From Podarcis tiliguerta (lineage: Eukaryota): 64,000 nt of DNA. Numbering within the stretch: position 1 is the first letter of the stretch; each line of letters opens with the position of its first letter. Made by a program: the position numbers and the translations under genes. Where the stretch lies: assembly GCA_965153285.1 (NCBI GenBank), contig OZ229117.1; one strand, written 5' to 3'. Below, in pieces: positions 52,389 through 63,925 of the stretch. A model generated the notes under the pieces. The model was not told the origin of the DNA and searched no databases. It worked only from the letters and a program-made list of their open reading frames with translations.

Positions 52389-53386
52389 CTGCAAATCAAA
52401 ACACAAGGATAAGGCGGGGGGGGGGGGGAGCCATGGACTTAAGCAGTGGCTACACCAGAGTGGAGCCCCTGCTTTCTTGCAAGTGCACCGGGGTGGGGGT
52501 GGGGCTTGGAATAGGGCCGGCAAACCTGGCTAAGAACAGAATGCCCAGGCACTGACTATAGCTGGAGTCACCAACATCATGCTTGTGGGCAACACAGATT
52601 CCTCAGGCACACAGGTGCTAAAGTCTCCATCACTTGTCTGTTTTTTTAAAAATGAGATGGGAGAGAGTTGTTGTGGAGAGTTGTGTTCTGTGAAATGAAC
52701 ATTTGTTGGTCCCACAACAGTTTCTTAAGTTTCCAAATGTGTCCTCAAATCCAGAAAATATGGGCATCCCAAACCTAGAGCAAAAGCTCCTTACTATGCA
52801 GCAAAGGCAAGAAAGTCCATTTTAAACAGTGAGAGGAGATGGGCCAGAATTCAGCCTCTTTTCAGGAATGTAGGAAGAGCCGTCACTCTGCTAACAAGAA
52901 GTCCCACCTCCCTTGCCTTTTCTGGCCACTGATGGGAGGGAAGGGAACCTGTTCCCTTCTGACAATGCCAAAACATCCAAAGGTGGCTCAAAACTTGGAG
53001 TTCCTTATTAGCCAAGTAATGTGTGAATAAGCCTAAATTTTACCAGGGAAAATGGAAGGAAATTGGTCAAAGGCAGCTGGAAGCAGCACACAGCTTGACT
53101 AAATGCTTTCCTACATATGAAGATGTTACTTGGAGATATTTCTTAATATTGCACCAAATCAGCATTAGAGCTTAATTATTCATAAAACTTTTTTTTGGAG
53201 ATTGTGATAAATAATTTTGTAACTAATTTGGAATCCATTTTTTTAGATTTCCAAAGTCATCCATCACAGAATGTCTTCCTCCTCTGGAACAAATGTGAGG
53301 TTAGAACAGACAGCCTCTCTCCCTTCTAACAGAGGACAAGGGCTCATGTCCTCCTATGGGGTCAAAGAAACAGCAACACCACCTAC

Positions 53387-53537
53387 CTTCCCAAGAGCAA
53401 TGGAGCAGGCTGCCAGGCCAATAAGCCCCCCTTTTCGACTATGTGGGTGCTGGGAAAGTGCAAACTCCTGAGAAAGAATCTGAATCACATGCTTGATCTG
53501 AGCTGTGCTGTTCTGAGCCACAAATTCACGCACCAGC
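53387..53537 (-). CDS. VAC14: VAC14 exon 2 (151 nt)
   Basis: [50 protein letters not shown]; TTTTTAG acceptor, AAG|GTAGG donor. Confidence 0.97.
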
Positions 53538-54239
53538 CTAAAAACAGGAGAATAAGAAGGCTGTATCATGTCTCACCAGGTCCATGTCTGGCTCCAGTTT
53601 AACATGAGGAATATATTTCTTTTAATTTAGCTGGCCATTAGCAACCTTGTATGCCCACAAATGAATCATCTATGAACAAATGGAATGGAGCCAGAAAACT
53701 GGTCCACCCTGCCCAGTTTTGCCCACTCAATATGACAAGTAGTTTTGCAAGGTGCGTGCAGGGAGAAAGGCTTGGTCTTCTCTGTGCCTGGATAAGGCCC
53801 TTCAACCATACGAACAGCAGCCTGTCTCTGTGTCAAGCCCTACTTCAGGGCTTGATCTTTATGCCTGGTATGTGGTGAGAGCGGAGAAATTCAGGATTGA
53901 GAGAAGAGGTGCAACTTCCTCAGAGCTGCTGTTTGTAGATCCCGCCCTAAACAAGCACTCCCGCCCCCGCTCAGGCCTGCTCCAAGAGAAAGAAGAGGCC
54001 CTTCGGTGACAGGATGAGCAGGAGCAGCCAACGGGCCAGCCCTTCAGCAAGGGGAGGCGGGCGCTGAGGAAAGCGCTTTGGCTCAGCGGCTGAAGCCCCG
54101 CCAATGGCACCTCAAAGCAGGGCGGGGAAAGACCCTGCCGGGCACTATTAATGCGGCTGCTGCTGCCAGTGCGGTGCGAGAAGGGCCCCCTCAGCGGCCC
54201 AAGAGCGTGAATGGAAGGCAGCCCGCTCCCCTCGCTCAC

Positions 54240-54343
54240 TTCTCGATTTCCAGCGCCGCCACCTTCCGCTTCTCGTAGAGTTTGTCGTTCAGGGCCCGCA
54301 CGATGCTCGGCGTCAGCGGAGAAAAGTCCTTCTCCGGGTTCAT
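54240..54343 (-). CDS. VAC14: VAC14 exon 1 coding part (104 nt)
   Basis: ATG at 54343; [35 protein letters not shown]; donor AA|GTGAG. Confidence 0.97.
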
Positions 54344-54500
54344 CGTGCCGGTCGTCCCGCCTTGCCCCGGCCTCAAGGAAGGAAGGAGTGGAGAAAGGGA
54401 CGAGCGGCTCCCGAGCGCAGGAGCAGGTGGGCGGGAAGGAGGCACTGGCGCTGCTGTAGCGGAGGAGGCGCTTCCCCCCTCTCTCTCCGGCTACCAGGCG

Positions 54501-54512
54501 GCGGCCATCTTG
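54501..54512 (-). promoter_or_regulatory. YY1 consensus site
   Basis: CAAGATGGCCGC on the minus strand matches the YY1 consensus AAGATGGC(G/C)GC. Confidence 0.7.
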
Positions 54513-54517
54513 GTTCA

Positions 54518-54573
54518 GTCACGTGAGATATCAGGTGCTTCCTGCTCCCCCCCACCCGGCGGTCTCACGTGAC
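54518..54573. promoter_or_regulatory. Inverted pair of extended E-box/CLEAR-like sites (TFEB/TFE3/MITF or USF)
   Basis: GTCACGTGAGA at 54518-54528 and its exact reverse complement TCTCACGTGAC at 54563-54573. Confidence 0.75.
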
Positions 54574-55859
54574 AAATTCCCCCGAGCCCCTTTTCTTCGT
54601 TCATGCGGTCCTCGAACCGGCTCCCGCGCGTCGCCAGCGATCAAGGCGCAGTCAGGGCGGCGCAGTCCGCCTTGAAGCTCGGGGAGGCTTCTCGCCCAGC
54701 GCCTTCGAGCGACGCCTCATCCGGATCGGCAGACGCCCCTCTGGGGCGGTGGAGCGGGATCGCCGAGCTCCAAGGGCCAGCAGCTCTCGCTGGTGGCCTG
54801 ACCTAGTGTAAATCATTTTCCTGCCTTTCTGGGCTGCCTCCAACTCAATGCTGCTCATAGACCCACTGATACGGATGGCTTAAGTTAGTCGCCTTCATTC
54901 CTGTCAGCGGGTCTCGTAGACCCAGCATTGGCCACAGCACCGTTTCCCTCACTCTACTGTATAAAGTGATTGCCTTCAACAGTTTGACACTCGAATCCCA
55001 CCATTCGTCCAAACAGACATTTGGGGAACCCTTTAATTTATTTTTTTTAACCATCTGGCAAATAATGCCATTGCCCCAACCCTCTGTTGCTGAGCATTGC
55101 TGTAAAGGAGGGGTGGTGAACCTGCAGCCATCCAGCTGAGGAGACTTGAGTCCCAACAACTTCTGGAAAGTGCCCACATTAGCCACCCCTGCTTAAAGCA
55201 TTTCAGTCTGAAGGAACTTAAATGATGGCATGTTGAGTGAGAAACAGTCAAAATCATACTTATCCCCCATGTCCCTAAGTTTCACTTGAAAGACTGGGAG
55301 CACAACCCCCTCTACCTGTTTATTTAAAAGAAAACCTGACACTAGCACAATTGTGAGCAGTGGCAGAGATTGCGCTGCTTAATTAGGAATCAGCCACTTG
55401 TGGAAATGGCTCACTTTTCTCTATTTGGCCCTAGTATGTTGTCAGAGCCAACACTGGGGGAGGGCAGTCCTGAAGAGAGGCATGCTGGCAAATAGCACCT
55501 TGTTGGAAAGCATCTGGGTCATAAGCAAGGAGGCCCTGGTCTCCATCACTATCACCAAGAAAAGTCCTGTTATCCCCTCTGGAGTCAAATATTTCACTGG
55601 ATATTTTGCCCATGCCCTTATATGTTTCTTTGCAGCCAGAAGTTCCAGAAACAGATTCTCAGGATGCCAGCTGTTCCTCTCAGCCTAACTTGCACATTTG
55701 CACAGCTGAGTCTACAGACAGGTATGTGACATTATGCACAACCCTGATGTCACAGGTCATGGTTGTTCTGCCTCTCCTACTTTCTACCATGGAGGGAACT
55801 GACAGCTGATTATTGCCATCCAAATCATCTAACTGTTTCCAGGCAACCTGAGCAGACAT

Positions 55860-56281
55860 AATAATAATAATAATAATAATGATAATAATTTATTATTTGT
55901 ACCCCACCCATCTGGCTGGGTTTCCCCAACCACTCTGGGCGGCTTCCATAGAAACAAAAAATACACTAAAATATCACACATTAAAAACTTCCCTTAAGAT
56001 GTCTTCTGAATGTCAGGTAGCTGTTTATCGCTTTGACATCTGATGGGAGGGCGTTCCACAGGGCAGGGGCCACTACCGAGAAGGCCCTCTGCCTGGTTCC
56101 CTGTAGCTTTGCTTTTCGCAATGAGGGAACCGCCAGAAGGCCCTCGGCGCTGGACCTCAGCGTCCGGGCAGAACGATGGGGGTGGAAACGCTCCTTCAGG
56201 TATACTGGGCCAAGGCCGTTTAGGGCTTTAAAGGTCAACACCAGCACTTTGAATTGTGCTCGGAAACGTACTGGGAGCCAT
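55860..56281 (-). mobile_element. L2-clade LINE 3' fragment with (TTA)n tail
   Basis: Encodes LTFKALNGLGPVYLKE...RAFSVVAPALWNALP...FRRHLK, typical of the L2 ORF2 C-terminus; ends in an AAT microsatellite. Confidence 0.88.
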
Positions 56282-56371
56282 TAAGCTTTTGGTATGGCTC
56301 TATCCCTACCAGATCCCAGAATCCTGCCCGCAGCCTTGTCCTGACAAACTTTCAAGCACTTTCTTGTTTTG

Positions 56372-56387
56372 TTTAATAACCTTTATT
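56372..56387 (-). terminator. HYDIN: Probable HYDIN polyadenylation signal
   Basis: AATAAA (56382-56387) and ATTAAA (56372-56377) on the minus strand ~480 nt past the stop codon. Confidence 0.6.
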
Positions 56388-56862
56388 CCAAAATAAAATC
56401 TTATGTAACAAGACATTCTTATCATGGGTATAAGGCAGAATCTCATTTTGCACATTTCCAGGTGATGTTTTATGCTGCTGCATTAACTTATTCAGCATAT
56501 TGAACACTGGAGGAATGTTAAGGGCAGAAGGACATTCCTGGTATGGTGTGTGCTGCCCTCCTTACACAAGGAGACACTTGGTTTGTTCTGACAGAAATCT
56601 TGCATGTGGAAGCCCTGTATAACACACCCTGCTGTCCTCCGTGCCTGCCGCAAGGACAATCACAGAGGGCTTTCCTCCCCTCTCCTTCCAAAAGGTACAG
56701 AGGCATTGCCAACTTTCCCTTCTCCTAAGAAAAGCAAGGAAGATGCTTGACACAGGGGCTCAAATACCAAAAAGCAAGACAATGTGCTGACTGTCTAGCT
56801 CTCTCTCCCTCCTTATGGCAATGCTTAAATTAAACAAGACAACACAGTGGCTCTCTACAGTT

Positions 56863-57351
56863 TCATTTCTCAGGTGTGATACCCTTTAGATAATAAACCC
56901 AGGAGACGCCTGAGCCCAGCCCAGCTGCACGAGGACAAGAGACAACCAGCTTGCTGGTGACAGCGGCTTTGGTGCCGCTTGGGTTCCCTTCAAAGGAAAC
57001 TAGGATGGTAGCTGATTTCTTAGCCTTAATAGTCTCAGTGGCCTTCACAGTGAAGGCAGAATTCTCCACAATGTAGGAGAAAGCCATGGGATGCAGGAAG
57101 ACATTCTTAAAGGGAATGGATGTGCTGGTGCCAGCCCTGATCTGAATAGGCCCCTGTGGTTTAGGAGGGATTGATGTGCCACTGAGAGGGATGACGTAGT
57201 CGCCTCCTATGGCTGAGGAAAGGACAAGTGTTCCCTTGCATTCACCCAACTGACATGGCTCAAAGATTACTTCCACGCTGACCTCAGTGCCTCCTAGAGC
57301 TCCTGCAGGTGCATTGATGACTTTATCCACATGGAAGTCAGGGCAGTCAAG
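56863..57351 (-). CDS. HYDIN: HYDIN terminal coding exon (489 nt incl. TGA)
   Basis: LDCPDFHVDKVINAPAG...GVSWVYYLKGITPEK*; matches the HYDIN C-terminus; TTTCCAG acceptor; HYDIN is the known upstream neighbour of VAC14. Confidence 0.93.
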   Translation of the reverse strand, partial: LDCPDFHVDKVINAPAGALGGTEVSVEVIFEPCQLGECKGTLVLSSAIGGDYVIPLSGTSIPPKPQGPIQIRAGTSTSIPFKNVFLHPMAFSYIVENSAFTVKATETIKAKKSATILVSFEGNPSGTKAAVTSKLVVSCPRAAGLGSGVSWVYYLKGITPEK

Positions 57352-58958
57352 CTGGAAAGAGAGAAATCACAGTCTGGTTGGTCTGGTGGCTGCAGTTGTA
57401 CCACAGAGCAGACAAACGTAACATTTCTTATTGACTCAAGTCTTGTCCAGAGGGTCAGAACAAACTCCAGTAAAACAGAACAAACAAACGGGGTTGCATT
57501 ATTGTTGTGCTCAGGCTCAGTTACTGCTTCCTCTCCCTGGCAAAACTCCTCCTGCAATGCCTTTGGAGCAATGAAGCAATCAGCCACTAACCCCAGACAG
57601 AAGAGCACAACCCATTGTACTGGTGTGTCTCCCTGGAGAGGGGAGGGAGGGATAGAGGCGGGGGTAGGTCCCATGCACCTAGAGGCATTTCACCCTGGCA
57701 GCCTCTGAAAACTAACACAGGCATCATAAGGCAGATCTCCTTTTACCCAGAATCCTTCCTTGTGAGAAGAATCCCAACTTGGGCACAGAAGGAAACAATC
57801 TGGAGCCTGGCAGCAGCTTTTTTTATTTATAATATCCTGGAGGATGAGATATTTGTCAGAACCCAAAAGGTGAGTAGGTTCTCCACAGTAGTTTGGCCTA
57901 AATGACACAGACTGAAGTGTAGGATGGACTCTCAAAAGTGATGAGGCTTCATGTGCAACAGCAGGAAAGGCAGTAATGTACCACAGCAGGTGGGCAGCCA
58001 GGCTTTCCGCCATTTTTTCTTTCAAGACCAGAGGCCTCTTGCTTTCTCAGTTGCAAATTTGCACTGCACTGCATTGTCACATCCACCCTTGCCTTTGTGC
58101 TGCCTCAAACTTTTTCCACTTCCTCTGCAATTTTCATTTGCCTGGCAGCAAGGGGGAGACTGATAGAACTCCTTGCATCTTCTGCAAAGAAAAGTCAAAG
58201 TTTCCTCGTGGAGAACTCCTCACCTCATCCCAGTCACACACATAAACAACCATTTGACTGCTCAAGTCTCCCTATTGAGCAGGGAGAGGGACCCACAACC
58301 AGCTAGCACAGATTTCAGCTGTGTCATAGCCAAAGTCCAGATAAATTTAACAGCCCTTCCCCACCCTTGCCACTGTCTGCTGGAAGTGGGTGGCACACGC
58401 AACAGGAGGGGCACGGCTCAGGACAGCAGAGCAAATGCTTTGCAAAGAGTCAAAGAGACTTGAGAATCTCACTTCAAAACCCCACACAGCTAGTGTCACT
58501 ACCTCTCACAAGTAGGATTGTTGGGATGGGATGGGAAAGAACCGTGTATGCTACCTTGAGCTGCTTGGAGGAAGGCAGGGTATAAACATCATAAAGTAAG
58601 ATATGCACGTGGTCCCTGCTTCAGTCCCAGGCTGGGAAATACCTTTCTCTGCCTGCAAAAGCAGATGTTAACAGGACTGACTCAGCAGAAAGCAGCTCCA
58701 GAGGGATGTTCACATGCTTTCCAGCTAGTTGGGAAGAGAAGCTTGTTGGCACTGTGGCCAAGATGGGGTGGGAGGAAGCATTTTGCTTCTGCAGGGCCTG
58801 TAGCAAGAGCTACAATGCCACAAAGGTGTGGCAGTATCATAAGCTAGTGGAGCAGGATGATGGGAAAGTTGATTTGCCTACAAGCAAAGGCTACCATGGG
58901 TGAAAGCTCTGTGTCTGTCAACCTGGACCAGAAGTGGCATCACGGCAACTGGAATCAC

Positions 58959-59183
58959 CTTGGTGGTGTACTCGGTCTTCTGACGGGTGTAGTTGACAAA
59001 CTTGGCGAAGACGATCTGGCTGCTGCCCAGCATGGCGCAGAAGGAGAGGGCTTTCTCTGGCCGGGCTGGGGTGGCTTTCAGGATCAAGTCGTACTGGAAG
59101 GAGCCCAGCTCATTGCTATAGAGGGACAGGCGCCCAGTAACTTCTCCAGGCCTCATTGGTTGGAACTCAAACACAAGCACCCC
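58959..59183 (-). CDS. HYDIN: HYDIN penultimate exon (225 nt)
   Basis: GVLVFEFQPMRPGEVTGRLSLYSNELGSFQYDLILKATPARPEKALSF...RQKTEYTTK; phase 0/0 AG/GT. Confidence 0.93.
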
Positions 59184-59529
59184 CTGAGAAAAGAGGGGAG
59201 GGGGCAGAACAAGCAACCGGTCAAGAAGTGGAGGGGGATTTGACAGTCACTGACTGACTGGCTCCACCCAACTCCCTTTCTCTGCAAGAATGAATGTGCA
59301 GCATCCATGGCCAACACTGGGCGGCAGCAGAGAAGGGAGAGCATGTGGAAGAGCAAATTCTGGCAGGTTCAAGAGCAGGGTTGGGATAGAGGCGCCACAG
59401 CCAGTGGGTCAACCTGGAGACAGTTGAGCAGCAGGCAAGTTGATGAGGGTGGCAGGCTGGGAGGGCAGCATGGAAGGCAGGCAAGGAATGGGCAAGAGAA
59501 TAGGCAGGCATAGAGAGCAAGAGAGTTAG

Positions 59530-59727
59530 TATGGCATAGTGGCTAAAAGTGTCAGACTAGGACTTGGGAGAGAGCCGGTCTCCCCACTTGGCCATGAAAC
59601 TCACTGAGTGGCCTTGGGCCACTCACAGCCTCTCAGTCTAACCTACCTCAAATAGTTATTGTGGGGATTAAATGAGGGGGAGAACCATGTATACCACCCT
59701 AGGCTCCTTGGAGGGTAAGGTGATAAT
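59530..59727 (+). mobile_element. MIR/CORE-like SINE
   Basis: TGGCATAGTGG head; GCCATGAAACTCACTG.GTG.CCTTGGGCCA...ACCTACCTCA...GTGGGGATTAAATG. Confidence 0.7.
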
Positions 59728-60575
59728 AGAGAAATCACATCTCTAGAGGCCAAATGTTCCCATTTTCAGTTGGGCTGGGTCACTTTCTGTTCTACAGAAC
59801 AGTATGGACTGTTGAACAATCCTAGTAAATCCCTTTTGACAATCTAGCCAGTGACAGACAGACCAATGTCAAGGGTCCTGGCTGCCTGATGACTCTGGGA
59901 GGGGCAGGGGACAGGAGGGCGTTCCACACCTTGGAGGTGTTGGAAGCAGCAGCAGCAGCAGTGACATTTCCCTTCCTGTGAGGAGCTTGTTTTCATCTGA
60001 CAGTAACTCGTGAATTGCCTCCCCTTCCTTATCATGCTGCTTTCAAAATGTGAAAAGAAAGTCAACCAGTCCTTCCTGCAGGCAGAATGCACACATGGGG
60101 AAGGAGGGAGCATCTCCACAGGAGAACACCGGAGGGAAGGTGAAAGGGTTTTTTAGAGGCCTGCCATAAGGAGACAGTGGGAGGAAAAAGAGGGTGTGTG
60201 AGGGAGCAGGAGAGAAATGGAAAAAGAGAAAGAAATACTGGATTCATCAGTGAAGGACGTATGAGGGTGAGAAGATTTGTTCCTTCAGCAACTTAAGGGT
60301 AGGACTAAAGTTATCCCAGGGATTGTGTCAGGTCTGAGCCAGGCTCCAGGCCAGACTGCAGCAGGTAGGAAATCCAGATTTACTATTATTATTATATTAT
60401 ATTATTATGTTATTATATTTACATACAAAGTGGAACCAAAACATTTTAGGGAAAGGAAACAATCACCCAGATGTAGTTCTGCTGACTGCCGAATGACAGC
60501 AGAGCCGTCTTGGCCATTGCTGGCTGAGGCAGTTGCAAGACCAGGCTCTTGGCCACTTCAAAGGCAAATTCATAC

Positions 60576-60806
60576 CTCCGACTGAGCTGGGACAATGAAC
60601 TGGGGGGGAATGTTGATGTCTGGCACTTTGCAGTCAGTGTTGAAGGTCACTGGGACATGGAGAGGGTTTTCAACCTTCACGGAAGATGAGGTGCTTTGCC
60701 GCACAGGGGTCATCAGCTCAATGGTGCCAAGTGGGCCACATGGGATGACCTTAAAAGTCACCAAATAGAACAGGAACTCCTGAGTCGTTTCATTGCGGAA
60801 GGTCAC
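60576..60806 (-). CDS. HYDIN: HYDIN exon, third from last (231 nt)
   Basis: VTFRNETTQEFLFYLVTFKVIPCGPLGTIELMTPVRQ...PPQFIVPAQSE; AG/GT. Confidence 0.93.
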
Positions 60807-61624
60807 CTGCAGAGGTAAGGAAGTGTCAGGGTCAGGAGCTGCCATGGTGGTGACTCCATTGAAGGATGGAAATCCATTCAGGTCAGCTTTATCCCACCCA
60901 CCTTTTGCCAAAACACTGCACAAAACTGAGCACCCTTGCTTTTTCCAGAAGCACTGAGCATTCAGACTGCCTAGTGCAGGGCAACTGAACTAGTGTTGGA
61001 GCTCAGCATCACTGAAACTTTGATGAATTGCAGTTCTTGCCAGCAGTGGCTGGGCTGCTCTCAGAAAAGGAGAAATGCAAAAGGGTCAGGTGACTGGAAA
61101 GGATGGCAATGAATTCTCAGCCCACACAAGACAGCAGATGTAGAGCCTGAGGGGAAATGATTCCAAAGCATTTGATATCGGAAACTTTTTCCTTTTCAGT
61201 TGTGCACCAGGGATAACCAATGTGGTACCCTCTAGATGTTTTGGACCACAACACTCATCAGCCCTAGACAGCAAAGCCAGCAGTCAGATATACTGGAAGC
61301 TACAGCTGTTTGGCACTCTTTGGAAGGAAGGGCAGGGTATAAATGTAATAAATAAAACAATAAATGGTCCACAACACCTGGGGGCACCATGTGAGCTGCC
61401 CTTCACACATTTGATACAAAATGCCTAAAAAAACCCTGCAGAACAGCCTCTTGTATGGAAATCCCAGAAAGGGGCTGATGGTGGATTAGCTGCACCCCCA
61501 AATGCTCTGCTGAGCTGGCTGTCCTTAAATCTCCACTGGTGTGGTCCCTATGAACGGGAGGGATCATTCTACTTCAGGCGCCCTCAGAAGGGCAAAGGGG
61601 ATGGTGTTCAGGCTGGGTATTTAC

Positions 61625-61775
61625 CTTGGCACTGTACATGCCTTCCCTGTAAGAGAAGAAGGTGAGCTTGTGGTCCTTCTTGGCAGCAGTAGGCACATCC
61701 ACATAATCCAGGGTCTTCAGTGTGGTGGTTAGTTCCAGCCTTTCGGGCTTCAGCATATCCACTGTCACACGGAAT
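61625..61775 (-). CDS. HYDIN: HYDIN exon, fourth from last (151 nt)
   Basis: FRVTVDMLKPERLELTTTLKTLDYVDVPTAAKKDHKLTFFSYREGMYSAK; phase 2/0. Confidence 0.92.
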
Positions 61776-63189
61776 CTGTCGGAGGAAGGAGAGTCACCAC
61801 GTTCACCCTATAAATGCTCCACAGGGACTAGATGTGGAATGTTGGCTGTGGCTGTGCAGACAAAGAGAGACCACTTTCTCCCCAGCTTTATCCACTGAAG
61901 AAAAACACCCACAAGCAAATAACTGTCTTCTGTATAAGTCGCAGCTTTTCAACTTTTATTCAAGCAAGTTAAAAAATAAATAGCTTAGCCTCTTCAACTG
62001 GGTCATGGGCAGGGCCAGGTATGCAGACATTTAGCAGGAAATCATATTTATTCCAATGATATGAAAAGTTTCACTTGCTTGTTTCTACAGATTCAGCTGG
62101 TGTTAAAGGCACAGGGCAGCCATTACTACTACTACTAATTCTTGTCCAATTCCATAGCATCCTAAGTCTTTAGTTTGGGTTTTCTTGGCAGAGAAATATA
62201 ATATGGACTTGCTGGAGCAATATTCAAAGGTGGGATTTGATTGATGTGACCACAGAAAGTAACAGAGAAGGAAAAGATGAAAGGAGGCTGAAAGTCCACT
62301 TGGGGACAAGGTGTTGACTTCCAACTTGGAGAAGCACTGGAGAAACACCCCCCCCCCACTGCAATTGTGAAAGGAATATATTTATTTTGCTCCTGTGGCC
62401 CATCACAAGCAGTATAGTCTTGATGGCGGCTAACCAACCTGACTCAAAAGAGTCACATTTCATTGCACAGCTGAACCATCAATCTCACCCATTTCATCGT
62501 CCTTCAATATATTTCTGCTTAGATATATCATCATCAGGCATGAAACTGGTGTGGTTAGGGGGTAGGAAGAGTTTGAGCAACATTTGGGGGTGCTCAGAAC
62601 CACCTCTATGGAGACAGTGTTCATTTTATGTGGACCTCAAAGTGTCTAAGGTTAAGAAAAGCAACTGCTGGGAGCTCTGGGATGTATCGCAGTTTCCTCA
62701 CATAAAATAGAAGAAAGACAGGTGGAGACTCACTCAGAGCTATACTGTTGCCCTGGATTTAGGAGGAGGAGGATGTAACAAAGTGAAAATTATTGTGCCA
62801 TACAGTGCAACCAAACTGCAAAACCTAGACCACAGACTAGCCTAGCTGCTGCATCCTTCACCAGTGTTGCCCAGGTTTTTGAGGTATGCCTGGCTATAGA
62901 TCCTTCCTTCCTTCCCACTTCCTGCTGTGGGAATAAGTCATAGCCTGCATGGAGCTCAACACTGGTCACTGCAGAAGTCTCAAGGCTTTCCTTGGACTGC
63001 AACCAAAGCTCACCCAACAGAGTGCAACTCTCAGCCACTGGAACTGCAGAATCCTGGGACCATGGCCTGTAACAGGTTACTGACAATGGATGCCAAGGCA
63101 CACCTTGAACTGTAGAATCCTGCTTGGCACTGGATGGAACAGAAGCTGCCAGTCCCAACCCTATGACCCCCCTCCCCCGTCCCATTTAC

Positions 63190-63353
63190 CTTTGCGGCTT
63201 ATTTAGCCAATTGGAGATGGGGAGAAGTTCTGTGTAGAATGTTTTGCATGGAACTTCTCTTATGATGTTCCCAGCAGACTTTGGAGGCTCTGCAGTGCCT
63301 TGCAGGAGGTACAGCAGCCCCGTCCCATCCGGGAGGGGGAAGAAGATGGACCC
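63190..63353 (-). CDS. HYDIN: HYDIN exon, fifth from last (164 nt)
   Basis: GSIFFPLPDGTGLLYLLQGTAEPPKSAGNIIREVPCKTFYTELLPISNWLNKPQR; translated by hand (not in the ORF track); AG|GTAAAT donor in phase with the next exon. Confidence 0.92.
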
Positions 63354-63759
63354 CTAACAGGCAAGAGGAGAAATGAGAACCTCAAGATACACACATGACC
63401 TGACCAGATTTCTCCTGTGAAATGTGGCTGCTTTGAAAGATACTAGGAAAAGAAGATGGTCCTCAGGCCACCTGGCATTTGCAACAGAAAAACAAAACAG
63501 CTGCCTTCTGGAAATGCCACTCTCTGGAGTAAGCCCACCATGCTTAATGCAACATAGCAGAGCATCAAATGACGCTGCAGAGGTGCTTCTACAGCTAAAA
63601 TACTTTTAGCTCACCTAAAGTAATGAGCCGAAGTTAGTCAGATCCATTAACTTCAATGGTTTCACTGAGTATGACTAGCATTGGATCCAACTCTTAGTTT
63701 TGTGTTCTTTTAGTTTAGTGTTATTTTATCTTTAATTTTTTTTTTTTTAATTGTAATCC

Positions 63760-63925
63760 TTGGCCATGAAAATCACTGGGTGACCTTAGGCCAGTCACTG
63801 CCTCTCAGCCTGACCCACTTCAAAGGACTGTTGCGAGGATTAAATGAGGGAGGAGAGAACCAAGTATGCTACCTTGAGCTCCTTGGAGAAGTAATGTGTG
63901 ATATAAATGCAATAAATAAAATATT
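63760..63925 (+). mobile_element. MIR/CORE-like SINE
   Basis: Closely similar to 59590-59727; AT-rich tail. Confidence 0.7.

Larger units (their letters stand above)
1..54343 (-). other. VAC14: VAC14 gene span (PIKfyve-FIG4 complex scaffold, HEAT repeats); exons 1-14 present, 3' exons apparently beyond the window start
   Basis: 14 exons with splice sites join into one open frame of 1667 nt starting [35 protein letters not shown], recognisable as vertebrate VAC14. Confidence 0.97.
53940..54810. promoter_or_regulatory. VAC14: CpG island / VAC14 promoter and first exon
   Basis: Sharp rise in GC and CpG density around exon 1; contains YY1 and two CACGTG motifs. Confidence 0.9.

Noticed and set aside
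11808-52428. Many G/C homopolymer runs of 10-14 nt as a functional signal
   Set aside because: Scattered on both strands with no consistent relation to exons; most simply explained as simple repeats
51780-52523. 247-aa ORF as a stand-alone gene
   Set aside because: Only 52221-52388 is coding (VAC14 exon 3); the rest is open intronic flank
54236-54445. N-terminally extended VAC14 from the ORF track
   Set aside because: Extension begins at GTG; the recognisable protein start is the ATG at 54343
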